Source of the DNA: Vairimorpha necatrix
Taxonomy: Eukaryota
Reading direction: 5' to 3'
Assembly: GCA_036630325.1 (NCBI GenBank)
Contig: CP142730.1
Span: 682,001-746,000, forward strand
DNA length: 64,000 nucleotides
Part shown: in pieces, positions 44,803 through 55,708 of the stretch
Numbering within the stretch: position 1 is the first letter of the stretch
Layout: each line of letters begins with the position of its first letter
The notes under the pieces: generated by a model
Database searches by the model: none
What the model saw: the letters and a program-made list of their open reading frames with translations, nothing else
What the model was told of the DNA's origin: nothing
Program-made: the position numbers and the translations under genes

Positions 44803-45373
44803 TTAGTATTTAAGATTTTTTCTAATTTCTTTAGTTTCAGATCATTATCGATTTGTACTGTAATTCAATTCCATTCTTATGATTGGCGTATGAAGACAAT
44901 GCTAATATTCACAATGTGATATAATATACCAGAACATATTCCTTAGATTTAATTATTTAAAGTTAGATGACTATACACACGATGTCTGTTAATTACATAG
45001 TTTTTACTTTCTATTATATCGTCTTATAAATTATATTTATAGTTACAAAATTATGAATTACCTATAAATTTATCATGCGTTTGTAAAATAAACAAGAACT
45101 CCATCCTTAAATTTCTATATATGCGATTGTTCAATTATTTGATCTCTTCTTTTCATTTGAATCGAACTCTATTATTTTGGGTGAGACAAGACTTTTTAAT
45201 TTCTAATTATTGATAAAAGAAAATTTTATCGAAAAGAGTAGTAAAAAGTAGTAGGATTTTTCCGTTTTGCTAGAACCAAGGTGTAAAATATGATTTTTCA
45301 CATTAGACACTCTTCTTTTAAATTTAAATCTAAAAAGATCTTTTTTTCTTTAGGTTAAACTGTTTTTGGGTAT

Positions 45374-45956
45374 ATGGCCGTTTGGAACCCGCATTGAGAA
45401 TTCAAATTAAGGGAAAAAAAACAAGACTTAGCAATTTATTTTGAAAAATACAAGAAGATGATTTAAAGGTCGATTTTCGGTATTTGATAAGAACAGAGGA
45501 ACAGTAAAAGGTACTTATAGTGTAGTCCCGGGGTTGTTCCATGTCTAGACCAAAAATCTCTCTTGGAAAGAAACCAAAATCTCTCAATTTGTGTGGTATT
45601 GTTTTTGAATCGTTAAATTTCCAAAAAAGACGACGCAATCCACAGTCCTGTGCTCCATCCCACTGATTTGTCCAATGCGGCATCATATGCTACCATTGAT
45701 AATGATCACAATGTAACTGGTAATACATGATGTTGTATCAACCAGGAGAATATCCGCATTTCTACTAGACACAGGACAAATAATACACTGATTCTGCATT
45801 ATTCAATTTTTGACTAAACTTTTATTTATTTCCATATTCAAAAACATTCACTTTTTGACAAGTTTTGTTCTTACCAATTTTGTCATTTTTTTAAGAAAAG
45901 TTTTTTCAAATTTTCAATATGGATTCATTTTTCCAAAGCGGGTTCCAAACGGCCAT
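45374..45956. mobile_element. MITE-like non-autonomous element (~580 bp)
   Basis: Perfect 19-bp inverted repeat ATGGCCGTTTGGAACCCGC at 45374-45392 / 45938-45956. No TSD or transposase recognised. Confidence 0.65.
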
Positions 45957-46488
45957 GTTACTATTTTTATAATTCTACTTTCAAAAGCTCTTTGAGTTTT
46001 TCAAAGTATTCTTTTTATCTTGATGTGTCCCGTGGTGGAAGGTGTCTATATGCTGGAGGGGCCTAAAATGTTTAATCTTTACACACTTGTCATATTGTTC
46101 GGTCGCCTCGTCTGAGATAATGTTTTACCATAAATCTTTAAATTCATTTTTTGCTTAAATAAATGTTTTATCGTAAGAAATAAAAAAACCCTGGCCTTTT
46201 TCTCAGCAATTTCAAATAAATTGGGCAATTCGTATTATTTTTCTTCTATTGATTTATCAATAATCTTCTTTTGCAAGCACTTTATCTCTGGTTCCATTTA
46301 CATTGAATTATTCGTTTATAACTTAGGCACTATCTAATTTTAATTCAGATATTCAAGTTTCTTTAAGAGTCACAGGAATGATGTCGTATGATATACTTAA
46401 TTTTATTTATGCTCAACTTTATTTTTTTTCTAGATACAGTTGATCTAAATTCATGCACATATTTTTTTTATATTTTTTTACCCATAAC

Positions 46489-49400
46489 ATGCATAGACAA
46501 AATTCAAGATTCATCTCTGACCTCACTCATCGTCTTTCCCTTGACCCATCCTCTTCTCCTTTAAATCTCGAGCTCTTATTAAAATCTCTTGATTCTGATG
46601 TTATCTTTTATTTACCAGATCCTTTTTTAATTACAGACTTCATAAAATTTTACCATAAAACACTAGTACAAGATTACAGAAAGATAGACAATATTTATAT
46701 TTACACAGATGAAATATTAAATCTCGATATTGGCATTTTATGCACTAGTAATATGATACCAGATAATTCTGTATTAATATTTTATGATCTGAAAGATATA
46801 ACATTATTTACTAATAATTCATCTAAATTTAAGTTTGGATTTATTACTTGTCCACTTGTATTTTATGAGATTTATAATTCTAAATTTAGAGATTTAATTT
46901 ATGCGCCTGTAGAAAATCAAGATTTGATTTTTTACTACAAAAAAGCATATGAAAATTCAGAAATAAAAAAATATAAAAAATTAGAAGATGAAATTTATAA
47001 AAATGAAGATAAAAAAGAATTTAATTTGGAATTAATGAATATTTTGAAGATTATAAAAATTATGCTTAATAGTGGAAATAAAGAAGAAAATGAAATATCT
47101 AAGAAATTGATGTTTTTATTGGAAAATGGAATATTTGAGACTGAGTATGTTTTAAATGAAATATTAAAAGATAAGAAATATAGAAATTTACAAGGCAAAT
47201 TTAAAGAATATAAATTTGTATCAAATAAACTGAGTGTATTACTGAAAGAAATAAGAAACACAAGATATAAAGATATAGAAATATATTGTAAGTCACCAGA
47301 AATATTAGAAATAGTCCATAATATTTGCTATAATCAATCAAGTATAAATGACAAAGAATATGAAAATATAGATCATATAAATGACAAAACCACTTATAAT
47401 ATTAAGAATGAAAGAAAGAACATTAAATTTTCAAATTTCGAAAATTTAAATAATAATTTTGAGTTGACAATTTGTTTCAATTACAAACAAATTCATTCCA
47501 AATCAAAAAAGGTCTTTTTAATTGAAGAATCAAATTTTGATAATTTTCTAGAAAAAGAAAAATTAATAGAATTAGAAATCAGAAACAAATCCAAATCTCC
47601 CATAAACAAACCTAAAAAGACTTATTCTATCAAAATTCACTCAGATAAAATTACAGATCTAAATTTAGAAAATTTAAAAATTTCTAATTTCGACAAGAAA
47701 AAGAAACTCGTTTTTATTGAAAGTTCGTCTAATTTTTCACATGTCGGTTTCAATTTAAATTCACAAATTGATGCTCCTTTAGAATTTGATTTTCTAAATT
47801 TATTTACTGAAAATATAAATTTTTCAGGCACAAATTTGGAATTTGGCACAATTTCAAGCATGAAGAATTTTGTAAATTCTCATGTTCTTTTTTGTGACAC
47901 ATTTATTTTTCTTAAAGGAGATTTTTTAATAATTTATTGTTTAGGAGAAAGATTTTTAAAAATCAAATTGACAAGTTTAAATTTGGAAGATTTTATTTTC
48001 GTAGAAATGACGAATAATATTTTGAATTTTTATTTTTGTTTAAATAAGAAGCCTGAGATTTACGGGACAGAAGATAAAAAAATGAATATTAAGAAATTTA
48101 GAGATAATGAAAAATTTAAATTTTTAGAAGGATTAGAATGGGATAGATTGACGATAAATGAAGTGGAATTTATAAAAAATAGAAATGATATAAAAATATC
48201 TTTTGATATTACTACTAGTAATATCAATACTACTAATACTAATAAGAAAGATTCTATAAATAATTATCTTAACTTTGATAAAGTGGATTCAAATAATATT
48301 ACTACTACTACTACAAATATTACTACAAATATTAATAGTAGTACTACTACTACAAATATTAATACTACTAATATTAATAGTACTCATATTTATAATTATC
48401 TTAACTTTGATAAAGTGGATTTTTTGATCAAATGCTTCGCTAGATTTCAAAATGTAAAATTAATTTTTACAAAATTTAGAAATTTTAACAAGGGGAATTT
48501 CTTGAGCTATGAAGAAATTTACGAATATTTCAAGACTAAAAATTTCGATGATTTTTATTTTTTAATGTGTTTTTTAACACAAAAAAGTAGATTTATAAAT
48601 TACAACCTAACAAAAGAAGACTTAGAATTTATGTCCAAATTTGAAACATTAAACTTAGTAAAATATTTACTAAGTTTAATTAACAGAAGATTTCTTAATA
48701 TTTCCAAAATATTAAGAAATTATAAAGAAATAATTATCACAGAAGAAATGAAAAAAATCAGACAAGTATTTATCACGCCTCTAGAAATAATTTACAAAAT
48801 TCCATGCATTTTTGAAAGTAACAGAGTTTTAAGGGAATTTGATTTTGAGAAATTCTTAAGAATTTCTCTAAGAGAAGAAAACTTAAAATCAAAAATCAAA
48901 GAGACAAACCAACAAGACCAAGAATTAATTTACAATTATTATAGAAATATTCTTAATGATGGAATATTCCTAGGAAATAAGAAATATTTCTTTGTTGCTA
49001 TGACGACTTCTCAAATGAAATGTCATAATGCTTTATTTTTGACTCCTTATTTTTCTAATAATAAATTAATAGGCCCAGATTATATAAGAAATTGGTTAGG
49101 AGATTTCTCAAATATAAAGAATATAGGGAAATATGCTATGAGATTAGGACAAGCTTTAAGTAGTACAATTCCTACAGTAGAAATTAAGGATTTTTTACAG
49201 ATAAAAGATAATTTAAAATTTAATTATAATTTTACTGATGGGGTAGGAATTATTTCATTAATTTTTGGGAAAATTATAGCGCATAAATTGGGACTAGAAG
49301 AAATTCCCAGTGCGTATCAAATTAGATTTGGGGGATATAAAGGAGTTATAGTTGGATATCCAATAAATGAAAGAGATTTAGAATATTATAAGGAATTTAA

Positions 49401-52400
49401 TATTCAATCAAATCTATTAGAAGGAGTATATGGAATATTAAAACCAAGTCAATTATATATATTAGATAATAATCAATTGCGTATTGAAGATATTAATCAT
49501 AGTTCAGATAATAATATTCTAATTGATTCTTTGCGTATGGAAGATAATAATCAATTGCGTATTGAAGATATTAATCATAGTTCAGATAATAATATTCTAA
49601 TTGACGCTTTGCGTATGGAAAAAGATGTAAATTTAGTCTTAAGAGATAGCATGAAGAAATTCCATTCTAATCATAGAATTATGGAATGTATTTCTTATTC
49701 TACTACAAATCCATGTCATTTAAATAGACAAATCATAAATTTACTAGAAGGCCTTGGTATAAAACCAGAAATATTCTTAGAAATCCAAGACAATTTAATT
49801 TTAAATTTACTAGATGAAATTTCCAAAAACCCAATAAACTTCCTAAGGAAGTTTATTGGGTTAATTCCCAAAAATCCAAATTTCAAAGATCTGAAAATAT
49901 TCAAGAAATTATTAATCCAAATTAGTAACAAATTGATTAAAGATTTATATAAAAAAAACAAAATCTTAATAAACCGAGGAGCAGTCCTCATGGGAGTAGT
50001 AGACGAATTAAAAATACTTAAAGAAAAAGAAGTATTTATAAAAGTCAAGAAAGATTTAGTAGGAATTTATGATAATTTTATTATAGAAGGAGAATATTGT
50101 ATTATTCTCGGCCCTTGTCTTATTGTAAAGAATCCTTGTCTTCATCCTGGGGATATTCAACATGTTAGAGCAGTAAATAAACCAGAACTGGGTTTCTTAA
50201 GAAGTGTCTTGGTTTTTAATCAAATGGGCCTTCGGCCCATTTCAAATATGTGCTCTGGTTCAGATTTAGACGGAGATATGTATACTGTAATTTGGGAGAA
50301 GAAATTAATACCTCTTAATTTTCATGAACCTAGTTCTTATGAAGATGAGACATTTTTAAGTAAAGAAATAGTAAGTTTAAAAGATATAGTAAATTTCTAT
50401 ATAAAATATATAAGAAATTATCATCTTGGAGATATTGCTTATGCTCACATGGTCCAGTGTGATTTAGAAGATTGTAAAAGTGAGAATTCTAAATTATTAG
50501 CAGAATTATTTAATAAAAGCATAGATTTCCCTCGGACTGGATTTGTGGCCTCAGTGCCTGAGTCTCTGGTACCAGAGAAATATCCAGATTTCTTACAGAA
50601 AAGTGGGAATTCTTATCCAAGTTATAAAATATTGGGAGTACTTTATAGAAGATCTCTGTCATTATTAATAGAAGATAAAGTGAAATGTGAATGTAAAGAA
50701 TGTATTAAAAGATTTGTAGAGACATTACCTGAAAGACAGAGATTAATATTTGAAGGTAGTCAAATAAAATACAAGCTACTTGTAAAAATGGATGAAATAT
50801 ATTTAAATGATAGATCAAATATAAATGATAGATCTAATAATAACTCAAGTATAAATAGATCAAATATTTTTGATAATTCAAATATTTACTTCTTTGATAA
50901 ATTCAAAAAAGATTTAAAAGTTTTACTGAAGAAATTTAATGTCAAAAATGAAGAAGATCTTTTTGTTCAGGCTCCCACGGAAGATGAGGGCCCTTCTAAT
51001 GACAATATTCTTGTAGAGACAGCCTCATTTTATAGAAAAATAAGACAAGATTTAAAAGATAATAAAATTGATAATATGAGCTTATTACAGAAAAGTGAAG
51101 AATGTAATGAAAACATGAACTCACTGCCTATGGCATTTATAGATCATAAATACAAATTTGAATATAAAAAAGTATATAAAAATAAAGAAGAAAGAGATAA
51201 TTTCATATATAACAATAATATAAAAATCAACCAAACTAAAATGCAAGAAGATTATAAAATTATAAGAGAAAGCTATAGGGTACAAGAAGATAATAATATT
51301 ATAGGAGAAGATTCAAATTTACAAGAAAATAATAAACGAAATAAAATTCAAGACACACAAGACAAATATAAAACCCAAGACACACAAGACAATCATAAAA
51401 TCCAAGACAAATATAAAATAAAAGACACATATCAATCTTTGATACAAGGTTACACAGATGTCAAAATCTATAAAAAATTCATGGAAAATATTAACAGATC
51501 TTTAGATGACGCATTCTCGGAAATATTCAACATTTTATTCCTCGTCGAATTCTTCGACTCTTCTTTCGATTTAACTTGCGTCTTCTTTTTATTTTTACAA
51601 TCAAAAATAAAAAGTCATAAAAAATTAGACATAGTCCACGGTCTACAGAAAATATCAAGAGAATTTTATCAAAATCCAACTAACCCGACTTTATATTATT
51701 TTATATACAAAAATATAAAAAAACCAAAAGGTATTATATATTTAATAAATATAAAAGACGATTTGGAAATACAAAATCAATATTCAGAAAACACTTTAGA
51801 AATAAAACAAGTCATAGATAAAATATCAAGAACAATATCAAATGTAGCTTATCTTTACATTTTTGATATAAATTTAATACAGAAATATTTAACAATAAAA
51901 AATCAGAAATATGAACAAGTTCATATTTCTAAACCAGAACAAATTTATAAAAAACGAAATATAGGAAATTTAATAATAAAAGGAATGTTTGATACATCAG
52001 ATGAATTAAAATTAGAAATTTATAAAGGTATCAAAAACCAAATACATAGGAAACAGAAAGTATATGTCCCGAAATTAATTAACAAAGGATTTTGTGATAT
52101 AGAAACACACAAAATTAATGTAAAAGAATTCTTTACAAATTCGTATTTTAATTTTATAAATTCGAAAATACAGAAAAATCAGAATTATAAAGTGACAATC
52201 ACAATATTACCAGGGAAATTTTATATTTGTGATGTACCAAATAAATTTATAAACAAATTGACGACGATAGAAAAACTATCGTCGTCTTTACAATTTTATA
52301 GACCTTTAAATAATGAGAATACTTTTAAAAGTTATTTCTTTAATAATAACGAATTATTTAAAGAAAATAGAGACGAGTATATGAAGAAAAAGAATATAAA

Positions 52401-52950
52401 TTTCAAGACTAAAGTAATATTTTATACATTCTCAATGATGTATAAAAATATAAGATATCAAATATATTATAAAAAGAAAAATGATAAATTAAAAATAAAA
52501 CTAATAACAAAAGGTAGGAGTGTGTACGGGAAACTGTATATAATAAATGATACAGAAGAAATAGGCAAAGATACTTCATTTGAACTTATGTATGAAGAAA
52601 TAATAAAAAAACGAAATTATGAGAATATGAACGAAGAAGAACTAGAAATGTTTAAAGAAGACGTGTTTACTGAGAAAAGAGAATATTTTAAAATATCAAA
52701 GAGACTGAAAGATTGTCATAATCTTAGAATTGAAATTGATACGAAATTACAAACAGAAGAAAAAGATATAGAACTAATAAATAGAGAAGTTTATCAAAAT
52801 AGAGGAGAAAGAAATAAATTAGAGAAAATACAGGAGAGATTGGTGGTATCGAGTACAGCTGAAAATGAGAAAAGTGGAGTGAGAAATGTAAGCGAATTTA
52901 TAAAGATATTTGAGAAAGCATGGGGGATATTTAAAAAATATTATGTTTGA
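46489..52950 (+). CDS. Cellular (RNAi-type) RNA-dependent RNA polymerase, ~2150 aa
   Basis: SNRVLR, KYAMRLGQALS, FTDGVG, PSAYQIRFGGYKG, LNRQII, KNPCLHPGD, CSGSDLDGD (catalytic DxDGD at 50263-77), IDFPRTG, YPDF. ATG at 46489 after CCC. Confidence 0.95.
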   Translation: MHRQNSRFISDLTHRLSLDPSSSPLNLELLLKSLDSDVIFYLPDPFLITDFIKFYHKTLVQDYRKIDNIYIYTDEILNLDIGILCTSNMIPDNSVLIFYDLKDITLFTNNSSKFKFGFITCPLVFYEIYNSKFRDLIYAPVENQDLIFYYKKAYENSEIKKYKKLEDEIYKNEDKKEFNLELMNILKIIKIMLNSGNKEENEISKKLMFLLENGIFETEYVLNEILKDKKYRNLQGKFKEYKFVSNKLSVLLKEIRNTRYKDIEIYCKSPEILEIVHNICYNQSSINDKEYENIDHINDKTTYNIKNERKNIKFSNFENLNNNFELTICFNYKQIHSKSKKVFLIEESNFDNFLEKEKLIELEIRNKSKSPINKPKKTYSIKIHSDKITDLNLENLKISNFDKKKKLVFIESSSNFSHVGFNLNSQIDAPLEFDFLNLFTENINFSGTNLEFGTISSMKNFVNSHVLFCDTFIFLKGDFLIIYCLGERFLKIKLTSLNLEDFIFVEMTNNILNFYFCLNKKPEIYGTEDKKMNIKKFRDNEKFKFLEGLEWDRLTINEVEFIKNRNDIKISFDITTSNINTTNTNKKDSINNYLNFDKVDSNNITTTTTNITTNINSSTTTTNINTTNINSTHIYNYLNFDKVDFLIKCFARFQNVKLIFTKFRNFNKGNFLSYEEIYEYFKTKNFDDFYFLMCFLTQKSRFINYNLTKEDLEFMSKFETLNLVKYLLSLINRRFLNISKILRNYKEIIITEEMKKIRQVFITPLEIIYKIPCIFESNRVLREFDFEKFLRISLREENLKSKIKETNQQDQELIYNYYRNILNDGIFLGNKKYFFVAMTTSQMKCHNALFLTPYFSNNKLIGPDYIRNWLGDFSNIKNIGKYAMRLGQALSSTIPTVEIKDFLQIKDNLKFNYNFTDGVGIISLIFGKIIAHKLGLEEIPSAYQIRFGGYKGVIVGYPINERDLEYYKEFNIQSNLLEGVYGILKPSQLYILDNNQLRIEDINHSSDNNILIDSLRMEDNNQLRIEDINHSSDNNILIDALRMEKDVNLVLRDSMKKFHSNHRIMECISYSTTNPCHLNRQIINLLEGLGIKPEIFLEIQDNLILNLLDEISKNPINFLRKFIGLIPKNPNFKDLKIFKKLLIQISNKLIKDLYKKNKILINRGAVLMGVVDELKILKEKEVFIKVKKDLVGIYDNFIIEGEYCIILGPCLIVKNPCLHPGDIQHVRAVNKPELGFLRSVLVFNQMGLRPISNMCSGSDLDGDMYTVIWEKKLIPLNFHEPSSYEDETFLSKEIVSLKDIVNFYIKYIRNYHLGDIAYAHMVQCDLEDCKSENSKLLAELFNKSIDFPRTGFVASVPESLVPEKYPDFLQKSGNSYPSYKILGVLYRRSLSLLIEDKVKCECKECIKRFVETLPERQRLIFEGSQIKYKLLVKMDEIYLNDRSNINDRSNNNSSINRSNIFDNSNIYFFDKFKKDLKVLLKKFNVKNEEDLFVQAPTEDEGPSNDNILVETASFYRKIRQDLKDNKIDNMSLLQKSEECNENMNSLPMAFIDHKYKFEYKKVYKNKEERDNFIYNNNIKINQTKMQEDYKIIRESYRVQEDNNIIGEDSNLQENNKRNKIQDTQDKYKTQDTQDNHKIQDKYKIKDTYQSLIQGYTDVKIYKKFMENINRSLDDAFSEIFNILFLVEFFDSSFDLTCVFFLFLQSKIKSHKKLDIVHGLQKISREFYQNPTNPTLYYFIYKNIKKPKGIIYLINIKDDLEIQNQYSENTLEIKQVIDKISRTISNVAYLYIFDINLIQKYLTIKNQKYEQVHISKPEQIYKKRNIGNLIIKGMFDTSDELKLEIYKGIKNQIHRKQKVYVPKLINKGFCDIETHKINVKEFFTNSYFNFINSKIQKNQNYKVTITILPGKFYICDVPNKFINKLTTIEKLSSSLQFYRPLNNENTFKSYFFNNNELFKENRDEYMKKKNINFKTKVIFYTFSMMYKNIRYQIYYKKKNDKLKIKLITKGRSVYGKLYIINDTEEIGKDTSFELMYEEIIKKRNYENMNEEELEMFKEDVFTEKREYFKISKRLKDCHNLRIEIDTKLQTEEKDIELINREVYQNRGERNKLEKIQERLVVSSTAENEKSGVRNVSEFIKIFEKAWGIFKKYYV

Positions 52951-53666
52951 TTTAAAAAAAAATATTTATATTGGAAGACACGTCATCCTAAATAAACAAA
53001 ATTACAGTAAAAAAATAAACATCTAATTTATAACGTTTTCATAATTTGGTCTCTTTTAGAGTTCTTTGGGGAATATCTGAGTATGTGTCATATCATTTGA
53101 GTTCTTGTATTTTTTTGTATGTTTTTTATTTATAGCCGAAAATTTTTAAAGATGCAAAAAATATAGTATAATATAAACATATAGTATAATATAAACTGCT
53201 TAAATCAATAAAAAATTAAATTACCTTTGAAAATTTGATAAATAATGTAAAAAAATTAAATTACTTTTTAAAATTTGATAAATAATGTAAAAAAATCTGC
53301 TTATTTAAACGAGAATATATCTATATAAAAGTAAATATAACTAGCATTAAGTTCAAAAAAAAATAAAAAAACTAATATTTAAAGTCTAGGGCGCTCAATG
53401 TGTGTGTCAAGAAACATACAAAAAAGTTTGTACAGTTAAATATGTGTCAAAGGTTATATATTTTAATGATGGAAAGCCATATAAAAAACTAAATAGATAC
53501 AAAAAAATATTATACCATATATTTGTAACATACTAAAATTGTCAATAAGCAAAAATCTTACCTTGTAAAAAAACAAAAAAAATTTTTTTTTGCTCTTAAA
53601 ATATTATAACTCGGTAAATATATGGATTAATTCTTATTTTGATATCTCTGTACTCAAAAACAAAGC

Positions 53667-55708
53667 TGTGGTGTTTCCACCAGGGAGATGGCCATAATGT
53701 AAATAGCATTCAAGAATGCTTCTCCCTGCACCTAAATTAGTTTTAGTAAAATGGTTTTTATTAATGCTATTCCCATGTGGGTAATTAGCTGTCCTCTTGT
53801 GAGGGGGTAGGTATCTTTGTGTCCTCCCGTAGTTATTCATATTCTCTTGATTGTTCATCTTTTTTGTGTGGGGTAAAATAAAGAGAAAATATTTATAGTA
53901 AAATATTTTCTAGAATATTCGTTTGGAGGGAATATAAAATAAAAATAAGTAATGTGGTAAATAATACCACATACTACCTCCTCCACAGAGTCAACAATGT
54001 AGAATGGGCGTTCCTCCGTAATCGCCAAATGATTCTTTCCATAATTTTTTAGTATTGATTGGGCTTGATATTTGTGACCTCAAATCTAGGTTCGTGTTCA
54101 ACTTTTTATATTTTAGCTCCTCAGATTCGCGGTTTACTCTATATCTACTTCTACCCAATAGCATCTGCTGCAATCTATTTTTGTGGCAATGTTTTCTAAC
54201 AGCCTTACGATTAAGCATATTCTTATTCTCATAATTATAGTAAAGTGGGGATAAAGATATTTCTTGTTGATGGCATTCATTAATTTTATCAGGTGGTTTA
54301 TTTATTTCTTTAATACTCCCCTTATTTTTTCTTGAATATACACCTTCTAATGGTAGTGTATTCCCTGTCTTTCTCACACAATTATGTATAGTAGTTAAGA
54401 CCTTGGATGGGACCGTGTCTACTTTTTTATTTATACTCTTTTTAATTTGTCTCTCTGTAATATTTATTTTGTTATTTAAATGTTTCTCTTGATCGATGAT
54501 TTCATTTTCTTTTGGTATTAGTAAGCAATACATTTTTTCATTCTTTTCAACTAACTCTGTGTTAGGAACTTTATTAATCATTAAGGACTTTCTTTCATTT
54601 TTTATTTCTTTATCTTTAGTTTCTAGCTTTTTGGTGTAGCAGTCTCGTGTATTATGAGACCTTGATCGGTGTACGGAGCACCATTTATTATTATTCATGG
54701 GGGTATTTGATACTTCCCGATTATTATTATAATTTCTCGTAAGATCAACGGGTCTTATATTCATGTTAGCTAGTGTTCCCTGCAAGATAATATTTTCTTC
54801 CAACCCTTGCAGATATCTAACTAATTCAACTGTCGGACAGTTGTCTAATCGTTGTTTATAAATTTCAATTGCAGTAAAACTGCTCAATCCTCTATTAAAT
54901 GCTTCATATAATCTGTTTTCAGACTCTTTCTTGCTCAAGGCATTCATAATACCATAAATTTCAATTATACTCGCCACTTCATTATAATAGTCGACTATAT
55001 ACTTATATTGAACCTGTTTTACGGTTTCCAACTTTATCAGTAATAACCTGGCATCGCTTTTAGGATAAATTTCTTCAATTATCTCTTCTCTCAGTTTCCT
55101 ATAGCTGTTTCTTGTTAAGCTATCTTCAATTCTATCATCGTCAATTAAAGAATGGTAAATTATACCCATCTGTTCATCCGTCCATTCATTGGCAGTAGCC
55201 AATGCTTCAAATTTCTCCATATGTTTTAAATTACAATCTCTTTTAATGTCTTTAATTTTATAGATTTTTTCTTGGATGGTAATTGGAGTTCCAATTACTT
55301 TTTTCTCAAAGGTTACACTTTCCTTTGGAACATTAACTTCACTCAATAGTACTTGGTTTTTTTTCTTTATTGTAAGTGAATCTCTAACACTTAATGAATT
55401 CATTGTGGTGTTTCCACCAGGGAGATGGCCATAATGTAAATAGCATTCAAGAATGCTTCTCCCTGCACCTAAATTAGTTTTAGTAAAATGGTTTTTATTA
55501 ATGCTATTCCCATGTGGGTAATTAGCTGTCCTCTTGTGAGGGGGTAGGTATCTTTGTGTCCTCCCGTAGTTATTCATATTCTCTTGATTGTTCATCTTTT
55601 TTGTGTGGGGTAAAATAAAGAGAAAATATTTATAGTAAAATATTTTCTAGAATATTCGTTTGGAGGGAATATAAAATAAAAATAAGTAATGTGGTAAATA
55701 ATACCACA
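53667..55708 (-). mobile_element. Non-autonomous Gag-only LTR retroelement (2042 bp)
   Basis: Apparently identical 305-bp direct repeats at 53667-53971 and 55404-55708 with TGTGGT..ACCACA ends. 5-bp TSD AAAGC at 53662-66 and 55709-13. Purine tract GGAGGAGGTAGTA before the 3' LTR. Confidence 0.93.
53991..55595 (-). CDS. Gag-like protein (534 aa) of the LTR element
   Basis: Intact ORF starting inside the 5' LTR after CCCC. FEALATANEWTDEQ, VKQ...IVDYY..., FNRGL, and knuckle WCSVHRSRSHNTRDC, like CTLHGECNHSTRDC in the gypsy Gag. No RT, RNase H or IN motifs. Confidence 0.8.
   Translation of the reverse strand: MNNQENMNNYGRTQRYLPPHKRTANYPHGNSINKNHFTKTNLGAGRSILECYLHYGHLPGGNTTMNSLSVRDSLTIKKKNQVLLSEVNVPKESVTFEKKVIGTPITIQEKIYKIKDIKRDCNLKHMEKFEALATANEWTDEQMGIIYHSLIDDDRIEDSLTRNSYRKLREEIIEEIYPKSDARLLLIKLETVKQVQYKYIVDYYNEVASIIEIYGIMNALSKKESENRLYEAFNRGLSSFTAIEIYKQRLDNCPTVELVRYLQGLEENIILQGTLANMNIRPVDLTRNYNNNREVSNTPMNNNKWCSVHRSRSHNTRDCYTKKLETKDKEIKNERKSLMINKVPNTELVEKNEKMYCLLIPKENEIIDQEKHLNNKINITERQIKKSINKKVDTVPSKVLTTIHNCVRKTGNTLPLEGVYSRKNKGSIKEINKPPDKINECHQQEISLSPLYYNYENKNMLNRKAVRKHCHKNRLQQMLLGRSRYRVNRESEELKYKKLNTNLDLRSQISSPINTKKLWKESFGDYGGTPILHC

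Noticed and set aside
53208-53296. 40-bp tandem repeat as a CRISPR or regulatory array
   Set aside because: Only two adjacent AT-rich units with no spacers, in a eukaryotic context; a simple duplication.
53634-53858. 74-aa ORF as an independent gene
   Set aside because: It is the 64 LTR-encoded codons of the 3' LTR reading into 10 flanking codons.
53667-53971. Retrozyme (hammerhead ribozyme in the ~300-bp LTR)
   Set aside because: No CUGAnGA core seen on either strand, and the element encodes a protein.
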